Shown here one piece after another: positions 47,140-58,204 of a stretch of DNA of 64,000 bases. Under the pieces are notes generated by a model that saw only the letters and a program-made list of their open reading frames with translations, searched no databases and had not been told where the DNA came from. The first letter of the stretch is position 1. Every line of letters begins with the position of its first letter. Both the position numbers and the translations under genes were made by a program. The stretch comes from Hydrurus foetidus (Eukaryota). The DNA lies in contig UYFQ01000134.1 in NCBI GenBank assembly GCA_900617105.1, positions 1 to 64,000 on the forward strand, in the 5' to 3' direction.

Positions 47140-49428
47140 TCAAGGTGCGGGATCGCACATGACGTTGACGTCAGCCAGTTCAGAAACTTCCTTGACCGCA
47201 TTGATGACGTACTTCAATTCATCTATACGGAGACCCACCCACAGGGGCAGTCTCAGAAGACCAGCATACACAGAATCTGTGACGATCATTTTACAGGCTA
47301 CACGGCCATACTTCACACCCGCAGGGGATGAGTGCAAGGGAACATAGTGAGAGAACGCAGACACACCCCTCCTCTTCATCTCCGTCTCAAAAAAGACTCT
47401 ATGTGCGGTAGTAGGAAGTAGCAGGGAGAATACATGCGCGTTTGTGCCACAATGTGACGGTATACACGGTATGCGGAAACGGCCTGAATCATGTAAACTG
47501 GACAGGCCTTCCAGGTATGTGTGGAAGTTGGCGAGTCGAGCAGCTGTTATCTCAGCACTGTGCTCAAGTTGAGCCCACAGAATGGCGCAAGAGATTTCGC
47601 TGGGTACGTAGGATGACCCCAAGTCAATCCACTCGTATTTGTCTATCCTGCCCGCCATGAAATCGTATCTAAACAATGTCGAGAAAGAGACAATGGAATA
47701 TCACAATTAAAACATAAGATAAGTACGGACCGTCAGTCATGCTCACCTGTTGGTCCCCTTTTCCCACAGCACCAAAGCCCTTCTGGCCAGTGCACTTGAT
47801 CTGTTGATGCTAATGGCACCGCCCTCACCGCAGATAACATTCTTCGTGTAGTGGAAGGAGAAACAGCCGAAGTCTCCTATCGTTCCTAACTGACGCCCTT
47901 TGTATGTCGACAGAAACCCTACGTATCACAGCAGAACAACACAGAATAACGGGACAGAGGAGAGTGAGCCGGGCTGTAGGGCATGTGATCAATCATCAAT
48001 TCGTAAGTTGAACACCGACACACCTTGGGCGGCATCCTCTATGACGAAGATATTGTACTTCACAGCAATGGCGCAGATAGTGTCCATCTCGCAAGGCACG
48101 CCTCCATAGTGCACCGCACAAATAGCTTTAGTTTTAGAAGTGATCGCTTGTTCGATCAGATTCTCATCTATATTGAAGGTGTCCGAACGCACGTCAACGA
48201 AGACAGGGACAACGCCCCTTAGGACAAAGGCGTTGGCTGTCGATGAAAAGGTGTATGATGGCATGATGACCTCGTCACCCTCCTTTAGATTAGTTAGCAA
48301 CGCTGCCATTTCCAAAGCGGCTGTACCGGATGGCACCATGATCACTCTCTCGGAATCTTGACCCAAGATCTCCTTCATCCGGGCAGCGCACATGATCGTA
48401 AATCGTGCTGCAGAATCTAGGCCTGTTGCTAGTACTTGAGAAACATACCGCTGTTCATTGCCGGTCAGGAACTGTTTGCAGAAGGGAATAGGTCCTTGAT
48501 CTGCTCTTAGCAGAGGTTCCTCGAGATGTTGGGGCAGCCAGATGTGGTAAACATCTTGCTCTGTAGCCAACTCAAAGCCGAACCGCCTGTAGCAGCTGCA
48601 AGCCTGCTCATTGGCTCCCTGGGTGACGACTGAAATCTTACCGTCAGTGGTAGTACTCTCCATCGCCCACAGAACTGCTCTACTCATGAGTTGAGATGCG
48701 ATGCCCTTCCTCCTGTATTTCGAATCGACAGCCAGTAGCCCTATTGACACAGTCGAGCCCTTCAACTTCAACGTTATGAATCCAACTTCAGTACCCGTAG
48801 CAGTATCAACTGCCACGAAAATTTCATCAGCGATTGAAAAATTGATGGAATTTTTCATCCACGATTCGAACATGGTCTCGAAGACACACCTAGGTACGTT
48901 CGAATCCACTTTGAATCGAGACCATACGCCAGAAGCGATGGCCAGATCCCGGAGAGCTGGTGAAACAACATTAGAATCGGATCGATTGATTCTCACGATA
49001 CTTATCCCAGATGTTGATAAAAGTGCCTTTGTGACAATGTCTTTCATGTCGAACGATGCCAGCGCCGCCATGAAGGTTGTTTTGATGTCGACCCTGATAC
49101 CAGGAATCTGAACGTTCCCACCGCTGGATGAATTACCACCATTAGCGGTAGTTTTGTTTGTGTCCGCATTATTTCTGTCATGATCAACGGAGTATGCGGG
49201 GGAGAAGAGGTAAACTAGTTTTATTCCTTTCCCATAGGCATTTCGGAGTAAGCCTTGAAGAACGACGCCAGTTGATATCGATTCGGGCACAGAATCGCCA
49301 ATTTCTATCCTTCCAACCCTGGTCAAGCAGGGAAAGTTGTTGAGTACTGGGGAAGTAGAATGACGAAAACAATTTGTCAAAAACTTACTTGAATCCAAAC
49401 AAATCTGAATCAAATGTTGCATCCTCAA
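47140..49428 (-). CDS. wecD-wecE: Fusion of a WecD-like GNAT acetyltransferase and a WecE/RffA-like dTDP-4-amino-4,6-dideoxyhexose transaminase; 2 introns
   Basis: N-part: SRFK..W, IGLLAV..RRKGIA, VVTQGAN. C-part: PSYTFSSTANAF, EDAAQG, SFHYTKN, EKGTNR, DLGSSY, HYVPLH, LLRLPL. GT-AG introns 47919-48023 and 47669-47746 restore the frame. Confidence 0.9.
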
Positions 49429-49741
49429 CAGCGGGCATGATTTCGAGAGACGGCTCAGATTGCCCTTGATGAGAGTTGAAGGAGTGACAGTAGGCTCTGC
49501 TTTATTTTCTTTCAGTCGAGAGTGTCGATTTTGATTTGGAAAAGTTTGAAAAATCTGGGCAAAAGCAAAAGCTGTGTAGGCGATAGGAGTTTTTTCAAAA
49601 ATCCCTTATATAGTATCCTATATATGACATATTATTGGACATAAGAAAGCCCTTTACTCCAGATCTATATAGGAGTTCCCAAGATAAGCCTATATATTAT
49701 TATGAATATGAATATGATACATCTCAAATCCTATCCGCCTA

Positions 49742-50640
49742 GAGTGGGGGACCTATTGTTTCTTAGATTCGAATTAACGTATAGATCGGATGCTTCATAA
49801 TCGGTTGTCTTCATAATTGACGTTTTATTATGAAGCTATCAGGTTTACAGCAAGGGTTTTCAAAAAGTCGATATCAATTATAATAAGTTATTGAAAAGCG
49901 TCTGGAACATCATGAATTACTAGTCACTATCATTTTCATCATCATTAACAATTTCATATAAAGGTCGTTCGTCTCTGTAATCTTCATTTTTTTGTCTCCG
50001 TAATCTTGAACAGCTAATTTGCTGGATGATGTTTCTTCTTCATGGTACTGAAGAACGACCTCATATCCATCTTGCGGTGGGGAATCATTGCTGATGATCT
50101 AGAGTAGTGTGATGATCTGCGTCTTCATAATCGGATGACTTCATAAAGTTGAAAAATACATTATAAAGGCAACCGATTCTCACACAGTGTCCAAAAGCCG
50201 AACTATGAAAATCCGATTATGGAGCATCCGATCTATGCGTTAAGCCCCAAATTTTTTCAAACTTTTAACGGAAATGGACCTAAAACCGTACTGAAAATAT
50301 ACCGGCTTAATTACGCCGTATCTGCGGCTTTATTGAGCCGTTTCCGGTAAAATTTACGGAATTTACGGCCAAATACGGTATAAGGAACCTGCATACGGGA
50401 ATTATTTTACCGAAATGAATTAAAAACCGTACATTGATCCTAATTAAGCACCGTTTTATTTTGGTGGTTTAGACCCCCTAAGTTTAGGACCTTTCCGGTT
50501 GTCATATGGAACTTTTAGATAGATTGGAATTTTCTTCAGACCAGGGCGAATTCAAAAACAACCTCAGAAGTAAAGTGCACTGAAAATTTCGTATGCTGAA
50601 ATCAATCCTGGAGAGGTGCGCTTAAATAGGTCCCCCACTC
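49742..50640. mobile_element. Non-autonomous TIR element with TA duplication
   Basis: 16-bp TIR GAGTGGGGGACCTATT, TA at 49740-49741 and 50641-50642. Confidence 0.7.
49778..50239. mobile_element. piggyBac-type MITE nested in the previous element
   Basis: TIR CG(T/C)ATAGATCGGATGCT(T/C)CATAATCGG, TTAA on both sides, internal TCATAATCGG repeats. Confidence 0.8.
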
Positions 50641-50678
50641 TACATAGGGCAAAAGCACAAAAACCAAAAACCCAGATC

Positions 50679-51410
50679 CCAGTGGGTTCCAAAACTAGAA
50701 ACAGACCCAAAACGAGAAACAGCTTGGGGAGAACTCCGCAACTATCTATGAATAGTTTAAAAAAAACACACACACACTATCGTCGTAATTTGATACCGCT
50801 GTTTCCATTTCTGAAGTCAAAATTTTATGAAACGATTTTTTTTATGTTGATTTCCCCACTCAAATATATGCACTTTTTCGTTGGATAATGTATTTTGGAA
50901 GAATGTTAGAGGTTGCATCGAGTCAGAATGTCGAAGTAGTCTCTGTGCATAAACACTCGACTTAAAACATAACGATATCAGAGATAACATGTTTTCAAAG
51001 ACAAATTTCGGTGTTTTAAAACACTCGACTTAAAACATAACGATATCAGAGATAACATGTTTTCAAAGACAAATTTCGGTGTTTTAAAACACCGAAATTT
51101 GTCTTTGAAAACATGTTATCTCTGATATCGTTATGTTTTAAGTCGAGTGTTTATGCACAGAGACTACTTCGACCATTTCTGACTCGATGCAACCTCTAAC
51201 ATTCTTCCAAAATACATTCGAAGTCGTGTTTTAATCCAACGAAAAAGTGCATGTATTAGAGAGGGGAAAATCAACATAAAAAAAATCGTTTTATAAAATT
51301 TTGACTTCAGAAATGGAAGCAGCGGTATCAAATTACGACAACAGTGTGTTTTATTAGTTAATTTGAAACGGAGTTCTCCCCTAGCTCTTTCTAGTTTTGG
51401 AACCCACTGG
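50679..51410. mobile_element. Spacerless palindromic foldback element with CCAGTG termini
   Basis: Inverted arms meet at 51085/51086. GATC at 50675-50678 and 51411-51414. A 68-bp tandem duplication lies in the left arm. Confidence 0.85.
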
Positions 51411-51938
51411 GATCTGATCGATATGTAGGGTTTGAAATTTTTGGGAATCTAGGTGAGATAGTATAGTGTTTGCGTAAACGGAAATATAAAGTGTTTGCAA
51501 TATCTGTCCGAGATCTCGGAAGTATAATATCCGAGATCCGTCAATTGAGGCGGAAATTTGAAGGGGTAAATCTCCGAACCCCTGGGGTTCCAGCGTTTGC
51601 TAATTATGTAGGCACAGATGAGAAATTCTCATGAAACGAAAAAGGGACATTGGCCGCAAGTTTGAATAAGGAATAATTTTCGAACGTTGAAGCTGTCTCA
51701 CGAGCACTCAGCCGTGATATTCTTCAGCGTTTCGGCAATCGCTTTATAACCTAATATCAATACAGTGTGTGCTTCTGACCTTCCCCTCGGTACTTCACAT
51801 TTGCACGAGGCATATAGTATATAGTCGTTTATATACTCGTAGGTAAAAAATTCAAATTGTCTATGTTTCTTGAACTAATTGATCTACACCGTTGTTTAGG
51901 CTCAAACAGATGGGTACAGGAATATCATTTCGATCAAT

Positions 51939-53402
51939 TTAAACGTGACTAGGTGCATCACTACGATTCTGAAGTCGACAACAGTCATCAGCCGCACTTA
52001 TGAACATTACTGCGAGGGCTTCCCCAGTTGGCTTGATAGAATTTAAATGCATCAGTTTGCACTGCTTACTCACATTAGCGAAGAGACTGCTGACAGTTGA
52101 TTGGCTAGGCACTTCTAAGGGACTCCCATTGGATGCAGACGTACCAAGTAACAGTCTCAAAGTATTTTTAGCAGGATGTGAGTGTAACTTCAGATATTCG
52201 TTTGACGGATCCTTGGAAATAGAGTAAGCTCCTATCATGATGCTGAGACATAGTCTGACGCATATCAGGGTGTGTAAGTGATCTTCATCTGCTGTATCAG
52301 ATGTGTGTTCGATACCACCGTCAGATAGATGCGAGTTATTTTCAGATGATGACTCAGTCCCAACGGTTGACTCAGCGGTATCAGTCGCATATTTAAATCC
52401 ACCGTACAAGCAACTGAGACAATGGATCGGATTTGAACGCCCGTAATTTGATATTAAGGCGTATGCCATGGCGATGGCAACTTCGTTTATGCTCCATGTG
52501 TAGACGGCATCCCCGAAGTCTATGATACCCCCGATTGATCTCCTGCCCTCATCAAGGATCACATTTGCATCGTTGCAGTCCCCCATAATGATGCTCTTTC
52601 GAAATGATTGTGAAGATGGAATCACTTCGCTAACGAAGCGTTGTACGACTACAGTTACTAAATCACGTATGTCATGCTCCTCTATGTACTGTGAGAACGT
52701 AGCGGCAACAGATTCAAAATTTCTCAAGTCCCAAGAATGAGTACGATGAAAAGATGGATGGTCGAAATTTCGCAAAGAATTACTCACAGATCCTAGGGCA
52801 TACCCGAGACTAACCGTCAGGACAGGAGTTGAATCTGTTATTTCCTCAATCTCATTTAATGTAGAACCTGGAACCCAATGAAAGAGCCTTGCTGCTATGG
52901 GCTCATTGATGATACCAGTAGTGCCATTACAAGCGCGCAGGAATACAACGTCATCGATTGAGCATTTGTGGTGATAGAGCTTGTCAGATTTCGTCGCAAC
53001 AGTCGAGTCAGTTCTGAATGATATGTCGACTGCTACTGGCACAGGGACAGTGGGATGACGAAATCCGAGAGGGGCCTCTGTTGCGGAGAAATTAGTTACT
53101 GTTTTGAGGAGTAGTGAGATTCCATTGAGCATCTCCAAATTACTCGACTCGACAACATTGTAAAATTTCAACAGATATTCATAGTGTCCACGAGAATCCG
53201 CAATATGTGATGTAATGCTGCCGCCACTGTTTGCTACTAAATAGAAATTCGCATCATCGTACGATTCTAATCGTTTAATGCTGTCTGGCACTGAATTCAA
53301 TCTCCAAGCGTCTCCAGTAATCTTCAACACAACTGTTTCACAAGGCTCCGGTTTGCCGGACTTTCGACGCAGCTCTTCGTCTATCACACCAAACTCCATC
53401 AC
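51939..53402 (-). CDS. Aminoglycoside-phosphotransferase-fold kinase, hydroxylysine kinase (HYKK/AGPHD1)-like; start uncertain
   Basis: LESYDDANF, YLLK, HSWDL, IIMGDCNDANV, GIIDFGD and ELAI-like EVAIAMAY motifs. Confidence 0.8.
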   Translation of the reverse strand: MMEFGVIDEELRRKSGKPEPCETVVLKITGDAWRLNSVPDSIKRLESYDDANFYLVANSGGSITSHIADSRGHYEYLLKFYNVVESSNLEMLNGISLLLKTVTNFSATEAPLGFRHPTVPVPVAVDISFRTDSTVATKSDKLYHHKCSIDDVVFLRACNGTTGIINEPIAARLFHWVPGSTLNEIEEITDSTPVLTVSLGYALGSVSNSLRNFDHPSFHRTHSWDLRNFESVAATFSQYIEEHDIRDLVTVVVQRFVSEVIPSSQSFRKSIIMGDCNDANVILDEGRRSIGGIIDFGDAVYTWSINEVAIAMAYALISNYGRSNPIHCLSCLYGGFKYATDTAESTVGTESSSENNSHLSDGGIEHTSDTADEDHLHTLICVRLCLSIMIGAYSISKDPSNEYLKLHSHPAKNTLRLLLGTSASNGSPLEVPSQSTVSSLFANVSKQCKLMHLNSIKPTGEALAVMFISAADDCCRLQNRSDAPSHV

Positions 53403-53754
53403 GAAGCTAGATGCACGATCGTATCTCCTGTTTTTTGCTGATGGTTCTGCATCATCGTCAAGACAACACTATTATCTTCAATTGTCAAGGTTTTGTCGAC
53501 AACTTCTGGTGTCCTCTCGTTCCTCTTCGGACCATGAACCCTCTGACCTCTAGCAAAATTCAGTGACGCCACAGGTATAGTAGGTACGTTGTAACACGTA
53601 CTAGTCAAGAAATATCTGCATAATTGGTGTGTTGTGGCAACATCAACATCCCTCATTTTTTAAACTTGAAAAGTCCGTCATACGGCGACTGCTGCTATAC
53701 AATTGAACTTCTACGGAATTAATTCTGGTGAGAAAACATCCGAACTAACAACCT

Positions 53755-56256
53755 TTACTCCGCCACTGTGAACAGCCTGATGGTAAGGGGTTGCGAAATA
53801 TCTTTGACACCGTCAGTGCAGGAGACGATGATCACGTTCTCGTTCGACTTGCAGAAACCAAGACTCTTTGCGTGACTCATCGCATTCTGGAATTGTTGGG
53901 GCTCGGATACTTGGTGGAAATCGGCAGGTGCGAGAATGGGGTGCACACCACGATACATCTAAAAGTTACGATTGAGGCAATGAAGTTTTATCAGCAATCA
54001 ATTGTATCCATCCTCTTTCATTTCAACTTCTACGAAGGTTTGTGAGCTGTCGAGAGAAATGCTATAATTTATCAGTGGCTCTCTAACCTGTAGAAGTCTG
54101 CCTGCTTTTGCATTGGGGACAATTGTGACGATAGGGATCCTGGGTCTGAATTTAGAAATGTTCATGGCCGTTTGTCCGGTCTTGGAGATGACGATTATGC
54201 AGGCCGCTGAGAGATTTTTTGAAGCTTCAGCTACAGACTGCAGTATCAAGTGTCGGAGAGAAAGGTTTAGAAACGTGACATGGGTTCTCAGTCGCCTATG
54301 ATAGATAGGGTTTACTCACGTATGCCATTCCTTCGTCAGGGCAGCTGCCATCAGGCTTGACTTCTAATGCTTGGTTGTAAGTTTTTCCAAATTGTTCTGT
54401 TTGCTCCAGTATTTTGTCCATCATCAATATGGACTGGATGGGATACTTTCCTTTCGCAGACTCACCTGTAGTGCAAGACACATGACAGCAAACAGTGCAT
54501 CAGTACGTAATAGGACAAAATAGTAGATGTAATGTTGGATGTGGGATGATACAATCTTTGATAGGTGGATTCACCTGAAAGCATCACGCAGTCTGCGCCA
54601 TCGAAGACAGCGTTAGCCACATCAGTGCACTCCGCTCTAGTGGGTCTCGGGTTCTTCTGCATGGACTCCAACATCTGGGTCGCTACGATCACGGGTTTGC
54701 CTAGTAATTCAAAGGTAAGGGAGATTTAGGATATAAGGACTAGCTGTGAGTGATCTCTGACTCAAATTGGCTTGAAGTCAGATGTGTGTGACAAGAACAC
54801 TGTGATGTTAATGTTCACCGCACCTGCGAGATTCGACCTTCTCACGAGATCCTTCTGGACGTTGGTAAGAGTTTCCATAGGAATCTCAACACCCAGATCG
54901 CCTCTTGCCACCATGATTCCATCAGATGCGTCAAGAATACTGTCGAAGTTGACAAGCGCCTAGCAGTAATTGATTATTCGGGAATGAGCACAGTGAGTGA
55001 ATATCAGTACTCTGCAGATGGAGAAGAGGAGCAGTCAGTCCAAGCAGATAGATCAATGCGCACCTCTGTGCTCTCTATTTTGCTGATGATCTTAGGGTGA
55101 GGGTGATCAGCTGGGTAGTTGCTCTGTGCCATCAATTCCTTCACGTATGCCTTGATTTCATTGACGTCTGAGGCCTTGCGGACGAAAGATGCCGCGATGT
55201 AGTCGATCTGCAATTAATTCACAAAATGATGACATTCATTGATTGCTGAAGTCAGCCCGGAAGATAATAGCAGAATTGGTAAAAAGTTCTTCAAGTCAGC
55301 TTCTGCCTTACGTCATTATTAATCCCCCATTTAATGTCCTGCTTATCTTTGTCACTCATAGCGGGCAGATCAACTGATAAACCGGGCATGTTCACGCCTG
55401 CATTTAAGAGATAGGAACAGGATCAGGGGACATGATGGGAATATCTCGACTGAAAATTTAGAAGGAATCACCTTTTTTGTTTCCTAGGGATCCGCTGTTG
55501 GCAACAGTGCAACTGATTTCTCCAGCTGCTGCGTCAATCTTGTCTACTCGGACCTTAAGAGTTAAGAGAATCAGAGTATCAGATTTTGTGCAGGCCATTT
55601 TCGTGCGTCATCGAAGGTGGTTAGTTACACTCATCACATGTGTTCACCTCAATTGCCCCGTCGTCAAGTAGAATAAGTGCACCAACTTGGACTGTGTCGA
55701 AGAGTTTCTTGTATGAAATCCATATTTTTGATGGTGTCTGCTCATTTCTGAGACCCTCGTCGATCGCTATGACTACCTACCGTGCAGTCAATCAAAAAAA
55801 GATTATGATGTACGTCTTCAAAATCACTGTCCAGATTGTGTTGTAATATCTTCAGTCAGAGGTCCGCCTGTTTTTTGCGAAGTGTACCTTCTGCCCAATT
55901 TCCCACGTGATTTCCTTTACTCCACCTCCGAAGGACCCTGTTCTTATCTCTGGTCCCTGTGTGTCTAGCATCACTGCCCTCAAGTTGAGATTGTCGGCAG
56001 TGTTATTTTTACCGGGACTCAGCTTCAGATTTTTCATGCGTAAGTCAGCCTCCTCGTAAGTTGCGTGCGAGAAATTAAGGCGCATGATCCTCATTCCTGC
56101 GGCGACAACCTGCTTAAGCATAGGCAGTTGTTCACTGGCTGGACCTATAGTCGCACATATCTTTGTCAGCTGTGGAACGGCGGCCGCACGAGACAGGTCA
56201 GTTGTCAGAATGCGGGCGCCCAAAGGCTTCCTTACGATTCTTGCTACATGCAACAT
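53755..56256 (-). CDS. pyk: Pyruvate kinase, 10 exons, N-terminal mitochondrion-type presequence
   Basis: [69 protein letters not shown]. Nine GT-AG introns traced. Confidence 0.96.
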
Positions 56257-56521
56257 ATTTTCAAAGCCTGTACTGAAGTGAACGGATGCAATCAAAGTCG
56301 CGTAATGATCCTGAGCTTTAGGAGGGATAGGGTGATGCAAGAAGAGATTGATTAGATGGAACATGGAACATGGAACATGATGGAACAAACAGCTGATGCC
56401 GCATGCCTTCGCCTTCGCTTCCTTCTTTTTTTGGACCTTTCGTTTGGCACACACGTACGTACTTCACCTCCGCTTGTACTTCTACAGCAGTGTGGTGTGC
56501 GGTGCTGGTGTATGTAAATAT

Positions 56522-57389
56522 TAGTGCTGGTGTGCGGTCCGACTTTTGTCGAACAAGTCGGACCGGACAGCTGTTCGACTGTTCGGTTCGACTTTATTGA
56601 CCTTGTTCGGGTATTTCGGACAAGTCGAACAAAGCCGAACAAAGTCGAACATGTCGAACATGTCGAACATGTCGAACATGTCGAACATGTCGAACAAGAG
56701 TCGGACCATCCTTTCTTACTGGTGTGCAGACTACCGTGTACTACTAGTATATAGTATACAGTATCTGTGGTGTCTGGGTCTACAGTCCTCAACAAGGGAC
56801 TTCATTCTCTGATCATTTGTAATCTCTAATACGTCACACTTTGAGGATAAGTTTGAACTGATCAATGAGTGACGCCGCCGACTTTCAATGCGAAGCCAAC
56901 GGCTGTAGTGCTATAATTTTCGATAGATGAGACGAATGCTCAATGTGCCTTTGCACGAAATGTTTGACAAGTCATCTGAGGCAATAAAATCACCAACGTC
57001 AGTGGTGTAAAAAGGAAAGATTACGACGATTATGCCGTCAAAGCCATACCGCAAACAAGAAACGTCTTCGTTCAAAGACCCACGCTGAACTCAGCACGCC
57101 GCCGCCAATTCAATAAAACACCACGCCGCAAACTCAAAGCCACGCCGCCAAGCCGATTTGTCAGCACGACGCAACCGAATATAAAGCAACCCCTACCAAC
57201 TTCGTTCTTCATCGGGTGTTCGACTGTTCGAGTCGAACAACTGTTCGACTTTCGTTCGACTTTCGTTCGAAATGATACATTCCTCAATATCCCACTTCTG
57301 TTCGACATGAGTCGAACGTCCGTCCGACTATCTTGTGTTCGTTCGACTGTTCGGTTCGAAGTCTCTTTTGAAGTCGGACACCACCCCTA
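56522..57389. mobile_element. Non-autonomous hAT element
   Basis: TAG...CTA imperfect TIRs, 8-bp duplication GTAAATAT (56514-56521, 57390-57397), many subterminal GTCGAAC motifs including a 9-bp tandem run. Confidence 0.9.
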
Positions 57390-58204
57390 GTAAATATGAA
57401 AGATTTCTGAGGGCCTCCCCGTATGTATGTCACTTTGGACTTGAGATAGATCCTCGTCGAACTGCATAATTGATTTTATTACGGCAGATTCGATACCTCT
57501 TATAGGTACTGCTGCCATTCAATTGTTGGCGGGTTGATTATAATCATATTCAACCGGCAGTTTCAGTGAGAGCGGTCAATTATGAAATTTCTGTCACAAA
57601 AAGTCCTAGGTCCAAAAAACCTAAAATTTGAGTGGGACCATAGACCTCACAAAGGAGTATTTTGTACCCACAGGTATTGAAATGTATTCATGTATTAAAT
57701 TTTGTTCGTTATCATGCAAGGAGATTTTGTCGCTAAGCAACAAGTTGGATGAGGATGAATGATCATTAATTCAGTCGGAGGTAGTGAGAGTAGTGCAGTC
57801 GTATAGAGTAAGGCAGTATCTAAGACTGTAGTATCTTGTTTGCCTGCCATCCACGAGTACACATATCCACGTCGCTCTCTAAATTGAAATTGATATCTGA
57901 AGCATGGCACCTTCGACTAAGTACCGCTAACCGTATTCGGTTGTTATCCTCCCACAGGATAACGAAGAGAAACATATGTCAATAACGAGGAAATGCTATA
58001 AAAGAAGGGCGCATATTTGTCACCATAGCTAATCTGTAGCCAATTCCACATGATCATCTCACAAAGTTGTGATGCGTAACTTGATACATGTTGATTATAT
58101 TACAAAATTAGATCACTCAAGGATAGATTGATCACAAATAAATGCTACGCAGCTTCTAACAGCCCACTTCCGCTACAGATTGTGATTGGGGAAATAGACG
58201 TGAT

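Noticed and set aside
45681..49428. Bacterial contaminant or operon
   Set aside because: The wecD-wecE gene has spliceosomal introns and the HAD gene has a eukaryotic targeting peptide.
56620..56700. VEHVEH / MSNMSN / STCSTC repeat peptides
   Set aside because: These are translations of the 9-bp subterminal repeat of a non-coding hAT MITE.
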